In this document: positions 8,595 through 17,457 of the stretch, in pieces | Position numbering within the stretch: the first letter of the stretch is position 1 | Layout: each line of letters begins with the position of its first letter | From: a virus | Lineage: Duplodnaviria; Caudoviricetes | Virus record (IMG/VR): IMGVR_UViG_3300037751_000077 | Location: 1 to 26,990 of that record | Reading direction: 5' to 3' (one strand) | Length of the DNA stretch: 26,990 bases | Notes under the pieces: model-generated | The model's database searches: none | Told to the model about the DNA's origin: nothing | What the model saw: only the letters and a program-made list of their open reading frames with translations | Program-made: the position numbers and the translations under genes

Positions 8595-8953
8595 TGACAA
8601 TCGCAGAGTTCAAAGCATATTTCCCTGAATTTACTGCAACAGCAGACCCTCAAATACAAAGAGCGCTTGACGTTGCGGTGCTGACTTGCTCAGAGTCGGT
8701 TCTGGGAGATCGCTTTGATCTCGGGTTGAAATATCTCACGGCGCACTTTATTTCTATCAACTCTAAACAGTTCTTAGGGATAGGGGAGAGCACAAAGTCT
8801 CTAGCTTCTAAATCGGTTGACGGGGTATCTCTTTCGTATAACCCCAGCCACATAGACAACGATGCTTTAGGCGGTATGCTCAACTCCACAAGCTACGGAC
8901 AAATGTATAACCGCATTACGTTGGGCTTCGGATCTGGCGGGTTTACATGCTAA
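8594..8953 (+). CDS. Head-tail adaptor (DUF4054-like)
   Basis: EFKAYFPEF, YLTAHFI, SKSVDGVSLSY and TSYGQMY motifs. Confidence 0.85.
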   Translation: MTIAEFKAYFPEFTATADPQIQRALDVAVLTCSESVLGDRFDLGLKYLTAHFISINSKQFLGIGESTKSLASKSVDGVSLSYNPSHIDNDALGGMLNSTSYGQMYNRITLGFGSGGFTC

Positions 8954-9444
8954 AAACAAAAAGCGGTAAAAGAGTCACTAAAGCAACTGATATCAAAGGT
9001 CATAAAAAGCTGAATGATATTTTTGCAGACGGCAAGAACGCGATTGTTAAAACAGGGTTCCCCGCTAAATCAAGCAAAACTGCATCTGAAGAGAAAGGGG
9101 TCACCGCACTAGAAAAAGCGATATGGAACAATTATGGGGCAACTCACAAAACAAAAAAAGGGAAGAGTATTACTATTCCAAAGCGCCCCTTTATGAAAGT
9201 TGCATTTTCTCAGAACTACAAAAAGTATAAAAAAATACTTAGAAATAACATCGGGAAGATGAAGCAAGAAAAGCTTTTAAAAATGATTGGGAGTGTCAGC
9301 GAGGGGGATATACGAAAGACCATAAAAGACTTCAGTGACCCAAAAAACGCAGACTCTACAATCGCGCGAAAAGGTGAGGATAATCCGCTGATAGATTCTA
9401 CTCACATGTTTAGTTCCGTATCTTATTCAGTGGAGGCTAAATAA
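8947..9444 (+). CDS. Neck / tail completion protein
   Basis: WNNYG, IPKRPF and NADSTIARKGEDNPLIDS motifs; basic protein; synteny. Confidence 0.7.
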   Translation: MLKTKSGKRVTKATDIKGHKKLNDIFADGKNAIVKTGFPAKSSKTASEEKGVTALEKAIWNNYGATHKTKKGKSITIPKRPFMKVAFSQNYKKYKKILRNNIGKMKQEKLLKMIGSVSEGDIRKTIKDFSDPKNADSTIARKGEDNPLIDSTHMFSSVSYSVEAK

Positions 9445-9770
9445 TGGTTGACGTTTTCGAAGCCTTTATCGAGTTTATGCAGAGCTACACACGCACGAGG
9501 TACACGATAACGAATACTTATGAGGGAGAGGTTAGAGTCGCGGCTACGACTTCGATAACTGCCTATATCCACCCTGATGATTACGAGAAGGAAGTGTACA
9601 ACGCACAGGGACAAAGAATCGAAGAACGTGTCAAGATATTTACTTTTTTGGATGCTGATATTTCAGTAAACGATGAAGTGGAGTATGTGTCAAGAACGTA
9701 TAAAGTAATCGCAGACAACACGAAACAAGTCGGGGGCTATAAAAAGCTTCTCGCTGAGTTGGTGGCATGA
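9444..9770 (+). CDS. Head closure (stopper) protein
   Basis: 108 aa beta-rich; DEVEYVSRTYKV; synteny. Confidence 0.6.
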   Translation: MVDVFEAFIEFMQSYTRTRYTITNTYEGEVRVAATTSITAYIHPDDYEKEVYNAQGQRIEERVKIFTFLDADISVNDEVEYVSRTYKVIADNTKQVGGYKKLLAELVA

Positions 9771-10231
9771 CAGATTTACGCTCTGCATTACACACGTTCT
9801 TAGATTCAAAGAGTACGTTTACGATCATTAACGCAATGGTTCAATTCACGGAGCCGGACGCGTATGTTAGTTATTACATCCTCAATGACGATACAGAAAG
9901 TCTGACGAAGGGCGAACGTGAATACGATGTGATAGAGGATATTTATAATGTATCTCACGCACCGATTACGCTCGCACAGATACAGATTGACGTTAGAGGG
10001 GCAGGGTCATTTTTGGAGTCCAGAACTTTATATTTTGGCTTCCAAAAGTGGCAAGACGATATGAAAGCGCTCGGATTGTATTTCCGCGGGGTAGGTTCAA
10101 TGGTCCCGATTCCAAAGGTTCAAAACGGGTATGTAAAAGAAGGGTATCAGTTTGATATCCAAGTGAGCTATGACAGCACCATCGTCACACAGCTTGACTA
10201 TGCAACAACACTAAATTTAATACAAGGATAG
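9767..10231 (+). CDS. Tail terminator protein
   Basis: 154 aa immediately before the sheath gene; synteny. Confidence 0.6.
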   Translation: MTDLRSALHTFLDSKSTFTIINAMVQFTEPDAYVSYYILNDDTESLTKGEREYDVIEDIYNVSHAPITLAQIQIDVRGAGSFLESRTLYFGFQKWQDDMKALGLYFRGVGSMVPIPKVQNGYVKEGYQFDIQVSYDSTIVTQLDYATTLNLIQG

Positions 10232-10234
10232 ACA

Positions 10235-11299
10235 ATGGCTTTAAATAGACAAGCGGTTATTACTTATGTACGACAGCAACCGCCTACTAATTTCATAGAC
10301 ATAAACAGAACAGTTGCCTTGATCTCTGACGTGCTTACGTTTGAAGAAGATTATCGCTTATACACAGATTTAGAAGCCGTCGGGGCAGACTTTGCCGATA
10401 CGGACGAATTTTACCTAATGGCTAAGGGCTATTTCAATGAGACGGGCGGGAACGGGTATCTTTATGCAGTACCTGTTCGTGATCTTGACGGAACAGATCC
10501 TGACGTCATCGGGACACTTACTCTTATTGAGAATGACCCGTCTTTGGTATGGGCGGTTGTTGTTGCGGATACAGACATTAGAGAGTCGGCACACGTAACA
10601 GACGGAAGTTTGGCGGCCGCTAAATATTCTCAAGCGTACCATATGATGTTTGAGACTAATGATCTTACGACAAAAACAGCAGGCACGACAGACCCTGCAA
10701 TCGTGAACAAAACAGTTTATGACTCTCTAACAGGAGAAAACGCTACCCTTGTTGGGAATATGTCCTTCTTCTATACCGAAGTAGTTACAGACCCTCTTGC
10801 AGTCAAAATGGCAGGCGTTATGATGGGCCAAAACATCGGGTCAAGAACAGCCAAGTTTGCTAAACCTCTTCTAAGCGTTCCTACGACACTAAGCGGTGCA
10901 GAGTTGCAGTTCCTCATGGACAAGAACGTGAACGTTTACACGGGCACCAACGAGGTCACAGGGCGCTCTTTTGTCAAAGAGGGAATGTCACTTAAGACTG
11001 GCAACTTTATTGACACCTCGCTGGGCGCTATCTGGATGGAAGTAAATCTTACTGCTATCTGTTATGACTTGTTCAGCCAGAAGAAAGTAACGATTGATAA
11101 CCAAGGCTTTGCACTTCTTGAAAATGCCACTAAGCCGGTATTTAAGAGAGCGCAGAACCTCGGGATCATTCAGCCTGGAGAAGAGTCATACTCAATCGCA
11201 TTTAGTGCGGGGGATTTGCTTCGTGAGATCGTCGGGCAGTATTCATTTAATGAAGCCGTAGCAGGTCACTTCATTACTAACACAGTCGAAATTAAGTAA
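10235..11299 (+). CDS. Tail sheath protein (DUF3383-like)
   Basis: TAKFAK, KNVNVY, EGMSLKTGNFIDTSLGAIW pattern; position. Confidence 0.75.
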   Translation: MALNRQAVITYVRQQPPTNFIDINRTVALISDVLTFEEDYRLYTDLEAVGADFADTDEFYLMAKGYFNETGGNGYLYAVPVRDLDGTDPDVIGTLTLIENDPSLVWAVVVADTDIRESAHVTDGSLAAAKYSQAYHMMFETNDLTTKTAGTTDPAIVNKTVYDSLTGENATLVGNMSFFYTEVVTDPLAVKMAGVMMGQNIGSRTAKFAKPLLSVPTTLSGAELQFLMDKNVNVYTGTNEVTGRSFVKEGMSLKTGNFIDTSLGAIWMEVNLTAICYDLFSQKKVTIDNQGFALLENATKPVFKRAQNLGIIQPGEESYSIAFSAGDLLREIVGQYSFNEAVAGHFITNTVEIK

Positions 11300-11309
11300 G
11301 GGGTGAAAA

Positions 11310-11720
11310 ATGGCAAGTGAAACAATCACACAAATAAAAGGCGATTTAAGTTTCGTTTATGGCGTTGTCTCTGCTTTCAACTTAAGCAAAGATGCGTCAA
11401 TCACATACGAGATCGGGCAGAGCGGGGACACGTTCTCTTCTATGCGCGATATCGTTCATGTTCTTGAAGATGCGGGTAGTATCGTTTCTACCGTGACGAT
11501 AACATTACCAAAGGGCGCCCCTGAAATTGTACTTTTGGACGCGCTTATCTTGACTAAGACGCCTTATCCGCTTCTTGTTAGAGATAACGGAATTGGGATG
11601 ACTGCGGGGATGGCCTCGGCTATATGTACGCAAATCGCAATGTCCGATACTACAGGTAACGCGGAGATGGAAGTAATATCGTATTCATTTAAGGGTTCAC
11701 TTTTCCGAGCTGCAATCTAA
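11310..11720 (+). CDS. Tail tube protein
   Basis: 136 aa directly after sheath; VTITL...PYPLLVRDNG pattern. Confidence 0.65.
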   Translation: MASETITQIKGDLSFVYGVVSAFNLSKDASITYEIGQSGDTFSSMRDIVHVLEDAGSIVSTVTITLPKGAPEIVLLDALILTKTPYPLLVRDNGIGMTAGMASAICTQIAMSDTTGNAEMEVISYSFKGSLFRAAI

Positions 11721-11722
11721 CC

Positions 11723-11744
11723 ACAGAGGGGCTGGCTCCTCTGT
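11723..11744 (+). terminator. Stem-loop after the tail tube gene (terminator or mRNA-stabilising hairpin)
   Basis: ACAGAGGGG-CTGG-CTCCTCTGT, 9-bp stem with one G-U pair; no good U-tract. Confidence 0.5.
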
Positions 11745-11801
11745 ATATCTTCAATCATAACCCCTCATAATCTTTTTTATTTATTAATCCATAGTTTATC
11801 A

Positions 11802-11836
11802 TTTTAAGCATTATTTAAACTATAGTTGTATACAAT
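11802..11836 (+). promoter_or_regulatory. Putative promoter of accessory island 2
   Basis: TTTTAA-N7-TTAAAC...TACAAT; overlapping palindromes AACTATAGTT (11818-11827) and TTGTATACAA (11826-11835). Confidence 0.55.
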
Positions 11837-11865
11837 ACTATTACAAGAAAACAAAAGGATAGAAG

Positions 11866-12183
11866 ATGACAAATACAGAGATAGAGACCATATTAGCAAT
11901 AGAACTTTTTAAAAAAGAAATATATTTTAATATTGGGTTTCTAAGTGATGAAAACAATTTGAAGAACTTATTAAAATATAATGAAAAAGGGATTAATGAT
12001 AAGTTATCTAAAGAATTTTTTGAATATAGAGAAATTTTACAAAAAACAGTAGACTCTAATTATCTTGGATATTATGAGGTTAATTCGTTTGAGCCTATTC
12101 TAATGAATAATTTTAAATATTCTATTCAAAGAAATTTAGAAACTTTAAACGCAATGAAAAAATTGATTAAATTTGTTGAATAA
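11866..12183 (+). CDS. Hypothetical AT-rich moron protein
   Basis: 105 aa; AAGGATAGAAG RBS; visibly more AT-rich than the flanking tail genes. Confidence 0.7.
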   Translation: MTNTEIETILAIELFKKEIYFNIGFLSDENNLKNLLKYNEKGINDKLSKEFFEYREILQKTVDSNYLGYYEVNSFEPILMNNFKYSIQRNLETLNAMKKLIKFVE

Positions 12184-12188
12184 AATAG

Positions 12189-12332
12189 ATGAAACCAACT
12201 AAAACAGCATTAGCTAAACACATAGGCATAACCCCGCAAGGTTTAAATAAAATGAAAAACGATCACCCTAAAAAGTTTGAATTGCTTTGGTTGGGTTGGG
12301 TTGAGTATTTAAAACAAAGCGATGTGTTATAA
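12189..12332 (+). CDS. Tiny HTH DNA-binding protein, 47 aa (not in the ORF track)
   Basis: MKPTKTALAKHIGITPQGLNKMKNDHPKKFELLWLGWVEYLKQSDVL; Cro-like HTH pattern LAKHIGITPQGL. Confidence 0.7.
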   Translation: MKPTKTALAKHIGITPQGLNKMKNDHPKKFELLWLGWVEYLKQSDVL

Positions 12333-12333
12333 T
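12325..12333 (+). promoter_or_regulatory. Extended -10 promoter
   Basis: TGTTATAAT about 27 nt upstream of ATG 12360. Confidence 0.6.
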
Positions 12334-12359
12334 ACAAAATAAACAAAAAGGATAAAAAG

Positions 12360-12605
12360 ATGGAAAAGACAATAAAATATATTAGAGAGCCGTTTAGTCG
12401 GAATATTTATAAATTAGAAGTAGAAAGTGAGCATACCGACGCAGATGGGAAAGTCATGTTTTTAGGAAGAATAGATGGGAGGATAGTTCTTATGCCTTCC
12501 AATAGTGTAGCCTCAGAGGAAGAATTTAGAAAATTTACAAAATTACAAAAACTTTTATGTCTTGAGAAAAAAATAAGAGATAAAATAAAAGAGATAGGGT
12601 ATTAA
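12360..12605 (+). CDS. Hypothetical moron protein
   Basis: 81 aa; AAGGA RBS; own promoter. Confidence 0.7.
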   Translation: MEKTIKYIREPFSRNIYKLEVESEHTDADGKVMFLGRIDGRIVLMPSNSVASEEEFRKFTKLQKLLCLEKKIRDKIKEIGY

Positions 12606-12649
12606 TAAATATCAGTGCTCTTTGACAACCTGCATCTATAAAAACTATG

Positions 12650-12658
12650 TGTTATAAT
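12650..12658 (+). promoter_or_regulatory. Extended -10 promoter upstream of the tail chaperone
   Basis: TGTTATAAT about 25 nt before ATG 12683. Confidence 0.65.
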
Positions 12659-12682
12659 TCCAAATCAAATAAAAGGCAGAAA

Positions 12683-13006
12683 ATGAGATTAAAATCAAAA
12701 AACCAAATGATGGGCAAAGAGTTGAAGGGGCTGGACAAGATCCTGTTTTCGCTCACTCCTTCGATGATGGCAAAAGACAAGAAAGCCGCACAAGAAAAAA
12801 TGATCGATATTGTAGACGAGTATGGTGAAGAGATAGTGCTTCTTTGCTATTTAGACGACTCAGGGAATAATCTTCAAGAAGTAAATGAAGCGTATCGGAT
12901 GAAGTTAATAGGGGATATGGGAACAATTGTACCCTGGATATTTGGAAGCGACGGGGACGAACCAGCGGGAAAGCCTCAGCGAGTGCAGAAGATAAAGAGG
13001 CCTTAG
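12683..13006 (+). CDS. Tail assembly chaperone (lambda gpG analogue)
   Basis: Upstream of tape measure; AAAGG RBS before ATG 12683; slippery G GGA AAG near the 3' end. Confidence 0.75.
   Translation: MRLKSKNQMMGKELKGLDKILFSLTPSMMAKDKKAAQEKMIDIVDEYGEEIVLLCYLDDSGNNLQEVNEAYRMKLIGDMGTIVPWIFGSDGDEPAGKPQRVQKIKRP
12967..12973 (+). other. Programmed -1 ribosomal frameshift site GGGAAAG
   Basis: Same heptamer as lambda G/T, in the correct phase; the -1 frame is open into ORF 13027-13284. Confidence 0.85.
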
Positions 13007-13284
13007 CGTTTTTCTGTCAGCATGATATGACTCCTCTTTTTTTAAGAGTTTCTGTATTGGTGATGGAAAACGTAATCACCTACACCGAATTTTTAAATAT
13101 GGAATATCTGGACTTTAAAAGGTTTGAGGCTGTATGGTCGTTCAAAAACAAGCAGATCAAAAACAAGGCCAGTAAACAAGACACCGCACAGGTAAGAAAT
13201 AAACTTGCAGGCGTACCCGCTCGAAGCGTTGCGAATATGGGCTTTTCAGAAGATCAACTGAAAGGCATTTTCAGCGAGTCTTGA
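12973..13284 (+). CDS. C-terminal extension of the tail chaperone (gpT analogue; fusion about 200 aa)
   Basis: -1 frame ASASAEDKEALAFFCQHDMTPLF... is continuous with the ORF at 13027, which has no RBS of its own. Confidence 0.75.
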   Translation, partial: ASASAEDKEALAFFCQHDMTPLFLRVSVLVMENVITYTEFLNMEYLDFKRFEAVWSFKNKQIKNKASKQDTAQVRNKLAGVPARSVANMGFSEDQLKGIFSES

Positions 13285-13287
13285 TTA

Positions 13288-13296
13288 TGCTATAAT
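13288..13296 (+). promoter_or_regulatory. Extended -10 promoter upstream of tape measure
   Basis: TGCTATAAT in a short intergenic gap. Confidence 0.65.
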
Positions 13297-13317
13297 TCAG
13301 TAAAACAAGGCGGGAAC

Positions 13318-14874
13318 ATGGCGGCTGACGAATTAATTTACGGCGTTTCGCTGGACTGGGACAAATTAGGCTTCTCAAACCTAAACGCATCTATTGACAA
13401 ATCTATCAAAGCATTCGCAGTCGCAACCGCCGCAATTGCTGCCGCATCAACTGCTATCTTCGCACTCGGCAAGAACTACGCAACAACAACCGACGCACTC
13501 TTAAAAACATCACAGCGCATCAACACTACCACTCAAGACATCCAAAAGTTAACCTTTGCTGCAGAAGACAACGGCGCTACAATGGCAGACGTTACGAGCT
13601 CGCTTGAATCCCTCGCCAAAGCTAAAGAGCAGATGCTTCGAGGAAGTGGTGACTTTCAGGCATGGGGAGAACTTGGAGTAAATCCTGCGGAGTATGAAAA
13701 TACAAGCGATCTTTTGCGCGACATAGCAGAGAGCGTGAAGGGTATGGGATCACAGCAAGCAATAGACCTTATGTCCCGCGTGGGTATATCTCAGAATATG
13801 CTCCAGACTCTACAACATGGTAAAGACGGGTTAGGAGCACTAGGCAAAGAAGCTGAAGCCCTCGGCATGATAAACACGCCTGCAATGTTAAAAAGCAGTC
13901 AAGACTTTATGAGTGGATGGCAACGGGCATCGTCAAGAGTAGGGGGCATGCTCGATCAAGTAAGCGCTAAGATGCTAAAAGACACGATTAACCCGGCGAT
14001 AGAAGCTTTTAATAAGTTTGCTTCCCAAAACATGGTTAAAATATCAAAGGTCATTACGTCTATCGTCAATGCTGTTGTTAAGGCGGGGGAAGTGGTATTT
14101 GCTTTTATTCATACAGCTTATAATCAATTTGAGATGTTGTCCTCAGTGCTCGGGGGAACAGACAACGCTCTCATAGTGCTAGGTGCCGCATTTATTGCAT
14201 TAAGAGCAAAAATGATTATCGCAATGCTTCCTGCTATTGTAGTGGTAGGGGCATTGCTATTAGCCCTAAACGAAGTTCTTTCTTTCTTGACGGGCAAAGA
14301 ATCTTTTATTGGAGACTTCTTTGATTGGACTGGCATCGGAGCAGAAAATGCCAGACAGACAATATTAGGAATTAAAAATGCAATTAAAGACATGGCATCG
14401 TTCATGCAAGGCGAAAAATCAACAATCGGTGCCTTTTTTGATGACATAGGGATTGGTGCAAAAAATGCAAAGGCAGGTTTTTATGCGCTATTAACCCCGC
14501 AAAGAACTCAATATGAATTAATCCAAATGTCAATTAAGGGCTATAAAGCGATGTTTGAAATGGCATCGAGAGGAATTGAGAGCTTAATTAAGAAATGGAA
14601 TGAACTCAAACAATTAGTTACAGAAACTCTAACCTTTGAAATGCCAAAATTTGAAATGCCAAGTTTCAAGATGCCGTCTTTAGATGACATCACAGGAAAC
14701 ATAAAAGCATCATTAGGCTTTGGCGAGCAGGCGAAGGCGTTAATGCAAACAACAAACAACAATCAGATATCTATTACGGTAGACGGGGCAAAAGATCCGA
14801 TAGCAGTAGGCGAAGAGGTGCGGAGAGTCCTTAACGAAGAAATGAACAAATCAGCACAGCGCGGAGGCTATTAA
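13318..14874 (+). CDS. Tape measure protein
   Basis: 518 aa, Ala/Gly-rich helical, central hydrophobic segments, follows the chaperone pair. Confidence 0.85.
   Translation: MAADELIYGVSLDWDKLGFSNLNASIDKSIKAFAVATAAIAAASTAIFALGKNYATTTDALLKTSQRINTTTQDIQKLTFAAEDNGATMADVTSSLESLAKAKEQMLRGSGDFQAWGELGVNPAEYENTSDLLRDIAESVKGMGSQQAIDLMSRVGISQNMLQTLQHGKDGLGALGKEAEALGMINTPAMLKSSQDFMSGWQRASSRVGGMLDQVSAKMLKDTINPAIEAFNKFASQNMVKISKVITSIVNAVVKAGEVVFAFIHTAYNQFEMLSSVLGGTDNALIVLGAAFIALRAKMIIAMLPAIVVVGALLLALNEVLSFLTGKESFIGDFFDWTGIGAENARQTILGIKNAIKDMASFMQGEKSTIGAFFDDIGIGAKNAKAGFYALLTPQRTQYELIQMSIKGYKAMFEMASRGIESLIKKWNELKQLVTETLTFEMPKFEMPSFKMPSLDDITGNIKASLGFGEQAKALMQTTNNNQISITVDGAKDPIAVGEEVRRVLNEEMNKSAQRGGY
14635..14679 (+). 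repeat. 3 x 15-nt tandem repeat in tape measure (FEMPK-FEMPS-FKMPS)
   Basis: TTTGAAATGCCAAAA TTTGAAATGCCAAGT TTCAAGATGCCGTCT. Confidence 0.8.
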
Positions 14875-15380
14875 TGGCTATCTTTTCACTATCAAGCCTT
14901 ATATCATCCAGCATAACGATAGGCACAGACACTATTGAAGTTGACGGGATAACTGCAGTAACCCCTACCAACTCACGCACCATCACGCAGCACCCGGTAG
15001 AGCAGGGCTTCAATATCTCAGACGCACAGCACCAAATGCCTATTGCCGTTACGTTCCAAGCATGGATTACAGACAATCCCCAAAGCGTAGTTGATTCACG
15101 GGTATTCGCATCTCTTGCAAACGCAACAGGACTTAATTTAGTAGAAGGGCAGGTCAAGAAGCAACTATCCAAGCTAGAGAACAATGCAAATCAAGGGCAG
15201 TTAGTAACGGTCAAAACAAAATATGCAAAGTATGAAAATTACTATTGCGTGAATTTTTCTTATTCCGAAAGCTCAAAAATGGGAATATTGATAAATATAT
15301 CGATCTTAGAAAAACAAGACAATGCCGAAGCCATCCGAGCAACAGCATTTTTTTCGTCTGATATCGGGGCATGGAGTTAA
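14874..15380 (+). CDS. Baseplate / tail tube initiator (Dit-like) protein
   Basis: ITQHPVEQGFNISD motif; follows tape measure. Confidence 0.75.
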   Translation: MAIFSLSSLISSSITIGTDTIEVDGITAVTPTNSRTITQHPVEQGFNISDAQHQMPIAVTFQAWITDNPQSVVDSRVFASLANATGLNLVEGQVKKQLSKLENNANQGQLVTVKTKYAKYENYYCVNFSYSESSKMGILINISILEKQDNAEAIRATAFFSSDIGAWS

Positions 15381-15382
15381 TT

Positions 15383-15640
15383 ATGATAAGTATAAAACTA
15401 GATAAGAGCTATACGAACAACTCTATAAAAACCGCAAAATATGAGTTGCGATTTAAATATAATACAAGCGCAGATTATTTTTACTTCGATCTTTACAGCG
15501 CAGGTGGAAGCTTAATCAGACTGCACAACAAAGTAGTCACAGGGTATGACTACGGGGGCGTATATTTTGCTTCGAGCATAAATGCAAGCTACGGAAACAT
15601 ATCAAACATCACGTCATTCTCGGCGGTTCTTGATGGCTAA
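15383..15640 (+). CDS. Small baseplate plug-like protein
   Basis: YELRFKYNTSADYFYFDLY pattern; GGAG RBS before ATG 15383; synteny. Confidence 0.6.
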   Translation: MISIKLDKSYTNNSIKTAKYELRFKYNTSADYFYFDLYSAGGSLIRLHNKVVTGYDYGGVYFASSINASYGNISNITSFSAVLDG

Positions 15641-16514
15641 ATTTAGCACGCGGGATATTGTTGTCACTGTATCTTCTCAGAGTAAAACATATATTTTAAA
15701 AGACCTGCATATAAAAGTAGAGACTATCAAAACTATATCTGCAAGCCCGAATATTGCAAACATAACTATCTATAACTTATCTCAAAATAGCCTTGCTTTC
15801 TTAACAGAGATTTATGATGATGATAAGTTTTCTTTATATTTAGTCAATGTAGTGGTAGATGACAACTTGGTTTATACAGGTGATCTCGTAAACGTGCGCA
15901 GTATTTATAAACTTGGAACATGGGAAACAAATATTTACGCGAATGAGGGATATAATGCACTTCGTAAAACGGCAAAGGTCGAAACAAAAGAAGGAGATAC
16001 CCGCGCAACAATAGTTGATCTTCTTTCGCAATCGTTAGAAGGAACAGGTCTCAATGCTTTTGACTTTCAAGCTATCAAAAACGGCTGCGGGGATAAGTCA
16101 ATTTTAAAGCGAATATTGTATGACGGCAATGTTCTCGAAAACATCAAAAAACTTATTCAAGACTGCACGCCAAAATCTGATATATTTATAGAAGACGGTA
16201 AACTTAACGCACTACCTCGAAACATAGCCCTTAGCAGAAATACAGAGATCACAAGTTTCTTAGAACCCCCACAACTCAACGAAGCCGGGTGCAGAGCTAC
16301 AATGTTAGCGCGCTATGACATCAAGATAGGTACAAGTATCACGCTCAAAGCAAAAAGCTACAATCAAGCTTTTGGAAACTTATCCACGAACCGGCCGACA
16401 AAGAGCCGATTTCTAGGGGAGGGTGTTTATAAGGTTATAGAGGTCGTGAACGAGATAGACAATTTTACAGAAGCGGTCGCGAAAACTTACGTTACAGGGA
16501 TATTCTTACGATGA
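15633..16514 (+). CDS. Baseplate hub protein
   Basis: PNIANITIYNLS and GEGVYKVIEV motifs; start ATG 15633. Confidence 0.75.
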   Translation: MAKFSTRDIVVTVSSQSKTYILKDLHIKVETIKTISASPNIANITIYNLSQNSLAFLTEIYDDDKFSLYLVNVVVDDNLVYTGDLVNVRSIYKLGTWETNIYANEGYNALRKTAKVETKEGDTRATIVDLLSQSLEGTGLNAFDFQAIKNGCGDKSILKRILYDGNVLENIKKLIQDCTPKSDIFIEDGKLNALPRNIALSRNTEITSFLEPPQLNEAGCRATMLARYDIKIGTSITLKAKSYNQAFGNLSTNRPTKSRFLGEGVYKVIEVVNEIDNFTEAVAKTYVTGIFLR

Positions 16515-17104
16515 ATTATGACGGTTTAGAGCGACTTATAGATGGCAAATTAAACGACTTAAAAAAGATGATGGAGACTTCCACATACGGAGAGATAAGC
16601 GCCTTAAACGAGAATAGCGTTGATGTGTACTTGCCTCAAAGAGACGCAACTCTTCCAGACGTGCCCGTGTTCACACTACAGGGGTCGGGCGAATATTTAC
16701 AGTTCCCGCTTAAAGTAGGAGATAAGATTTTGTTATGTTTCACGAAAGACAGTGCGTTAGACTGGATAAGTGGCAATGCAATATCTAGTGAGTTTAATTT
16801 TGGTTTAGAGAATGCGTTTGCATTAGTCGGCTTAGACACGCTAGCAAAGCCCCTTAAGCTCACAAACATTACCACACTGAAGGTCACTAAGCTAAAGATA
16901 CACAACGACACAGCAGAGCTAATAACTACCTTATCTGATCTATTACAACAGCTTATAGATACTGCCGCGGCGTTGCAAGTTTTGACAGTAACAACTGTGA
17001 ATATAGGCCAGCCTACAACCGTTCCCAACAATGCCGCTGATTTTGCTATAATAGAGGCTGAACTTTCAAGTTTAAAATCTGACATAGATAGCTTTAAGGA
17101 GTAG
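16511..17104 (+). CDS. Baseplate central spike (gp138/gpV-like, N-terminal OB fold)
   Basis: LPDVPV...LQFPLKVGDKILLCF...W motif. Confidence 0.8.
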   Translation: MNYDGLERLIDGKLNDLKKMMETSTYGEISALNENSVDVYLPQRDATLPDVPVFTLQGSGEYLQFPLKVGDKILLCFTKDSALDWISGNAISSEFNFGLENAFALVGLDTLAKPLKLTNITTLKVTKLKIHNDTAELITTLSDLLQQLIDTAAALQVLTVTTVNIGQPTTVPNNAADFAIIEAELSSLKSDIDSFKE

Positions 17105-17106
17105 AA

Positions 17107-17457
17107 GTGACCGATTATTTAGTAGACGATAGTTTCGATATTGCCCTGCCCCTGCAAAAGCTTACTCTAGAAAGCGATATCCTTTTTCAGCAGGTCAGGT
17201 TACTACTCCACACATGGCAGGGCGACTTCCCCTATGATGTGCGGATGGGTATGCCATACGAGCAGAGTTTACTCGGAATTAACGACGTAGATGCAACGGA
17301 CATAGAATCAATCTATTATAATAAAATATCAAAATTACAATACTTTCAATCTATAAAAAACTTTCAAATTACGACAACTGCACAGCGCGAACTATTAATA
17401 TCGTTTGATGTTTATGCAACCAATGGACAATCTCAAAACTTCAGTCAGGAAATCTAA
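17107..17457 (+). CDS. Baseplate wedge / sheath initiator (gp25/gp46-like)
   Basis: QQVRLLLHTWQGDFPYDVRMGMPY; GTG start after AAGGAG. Confidence 0.75.
   Translation: MTDYLVDDSFDIALPLQKLTLESDILFQQVRLLLHTWQGDFPYDVRMGMPYEQSLLGINDVDATDIESIYYNKISKLQYFQSIKNFQITTTAQRELLISFDVYATNGQSQNFSQEI

Noticed and set aside
12647-12682. ORF-track N-terminal extension MCYNSKSNKRQK (similar extensions at 4130, 5726, 15582, 24159)
   Set aside because: They run through promoter boxes or upstream genes; downstream ATGs have proper SD or coupling
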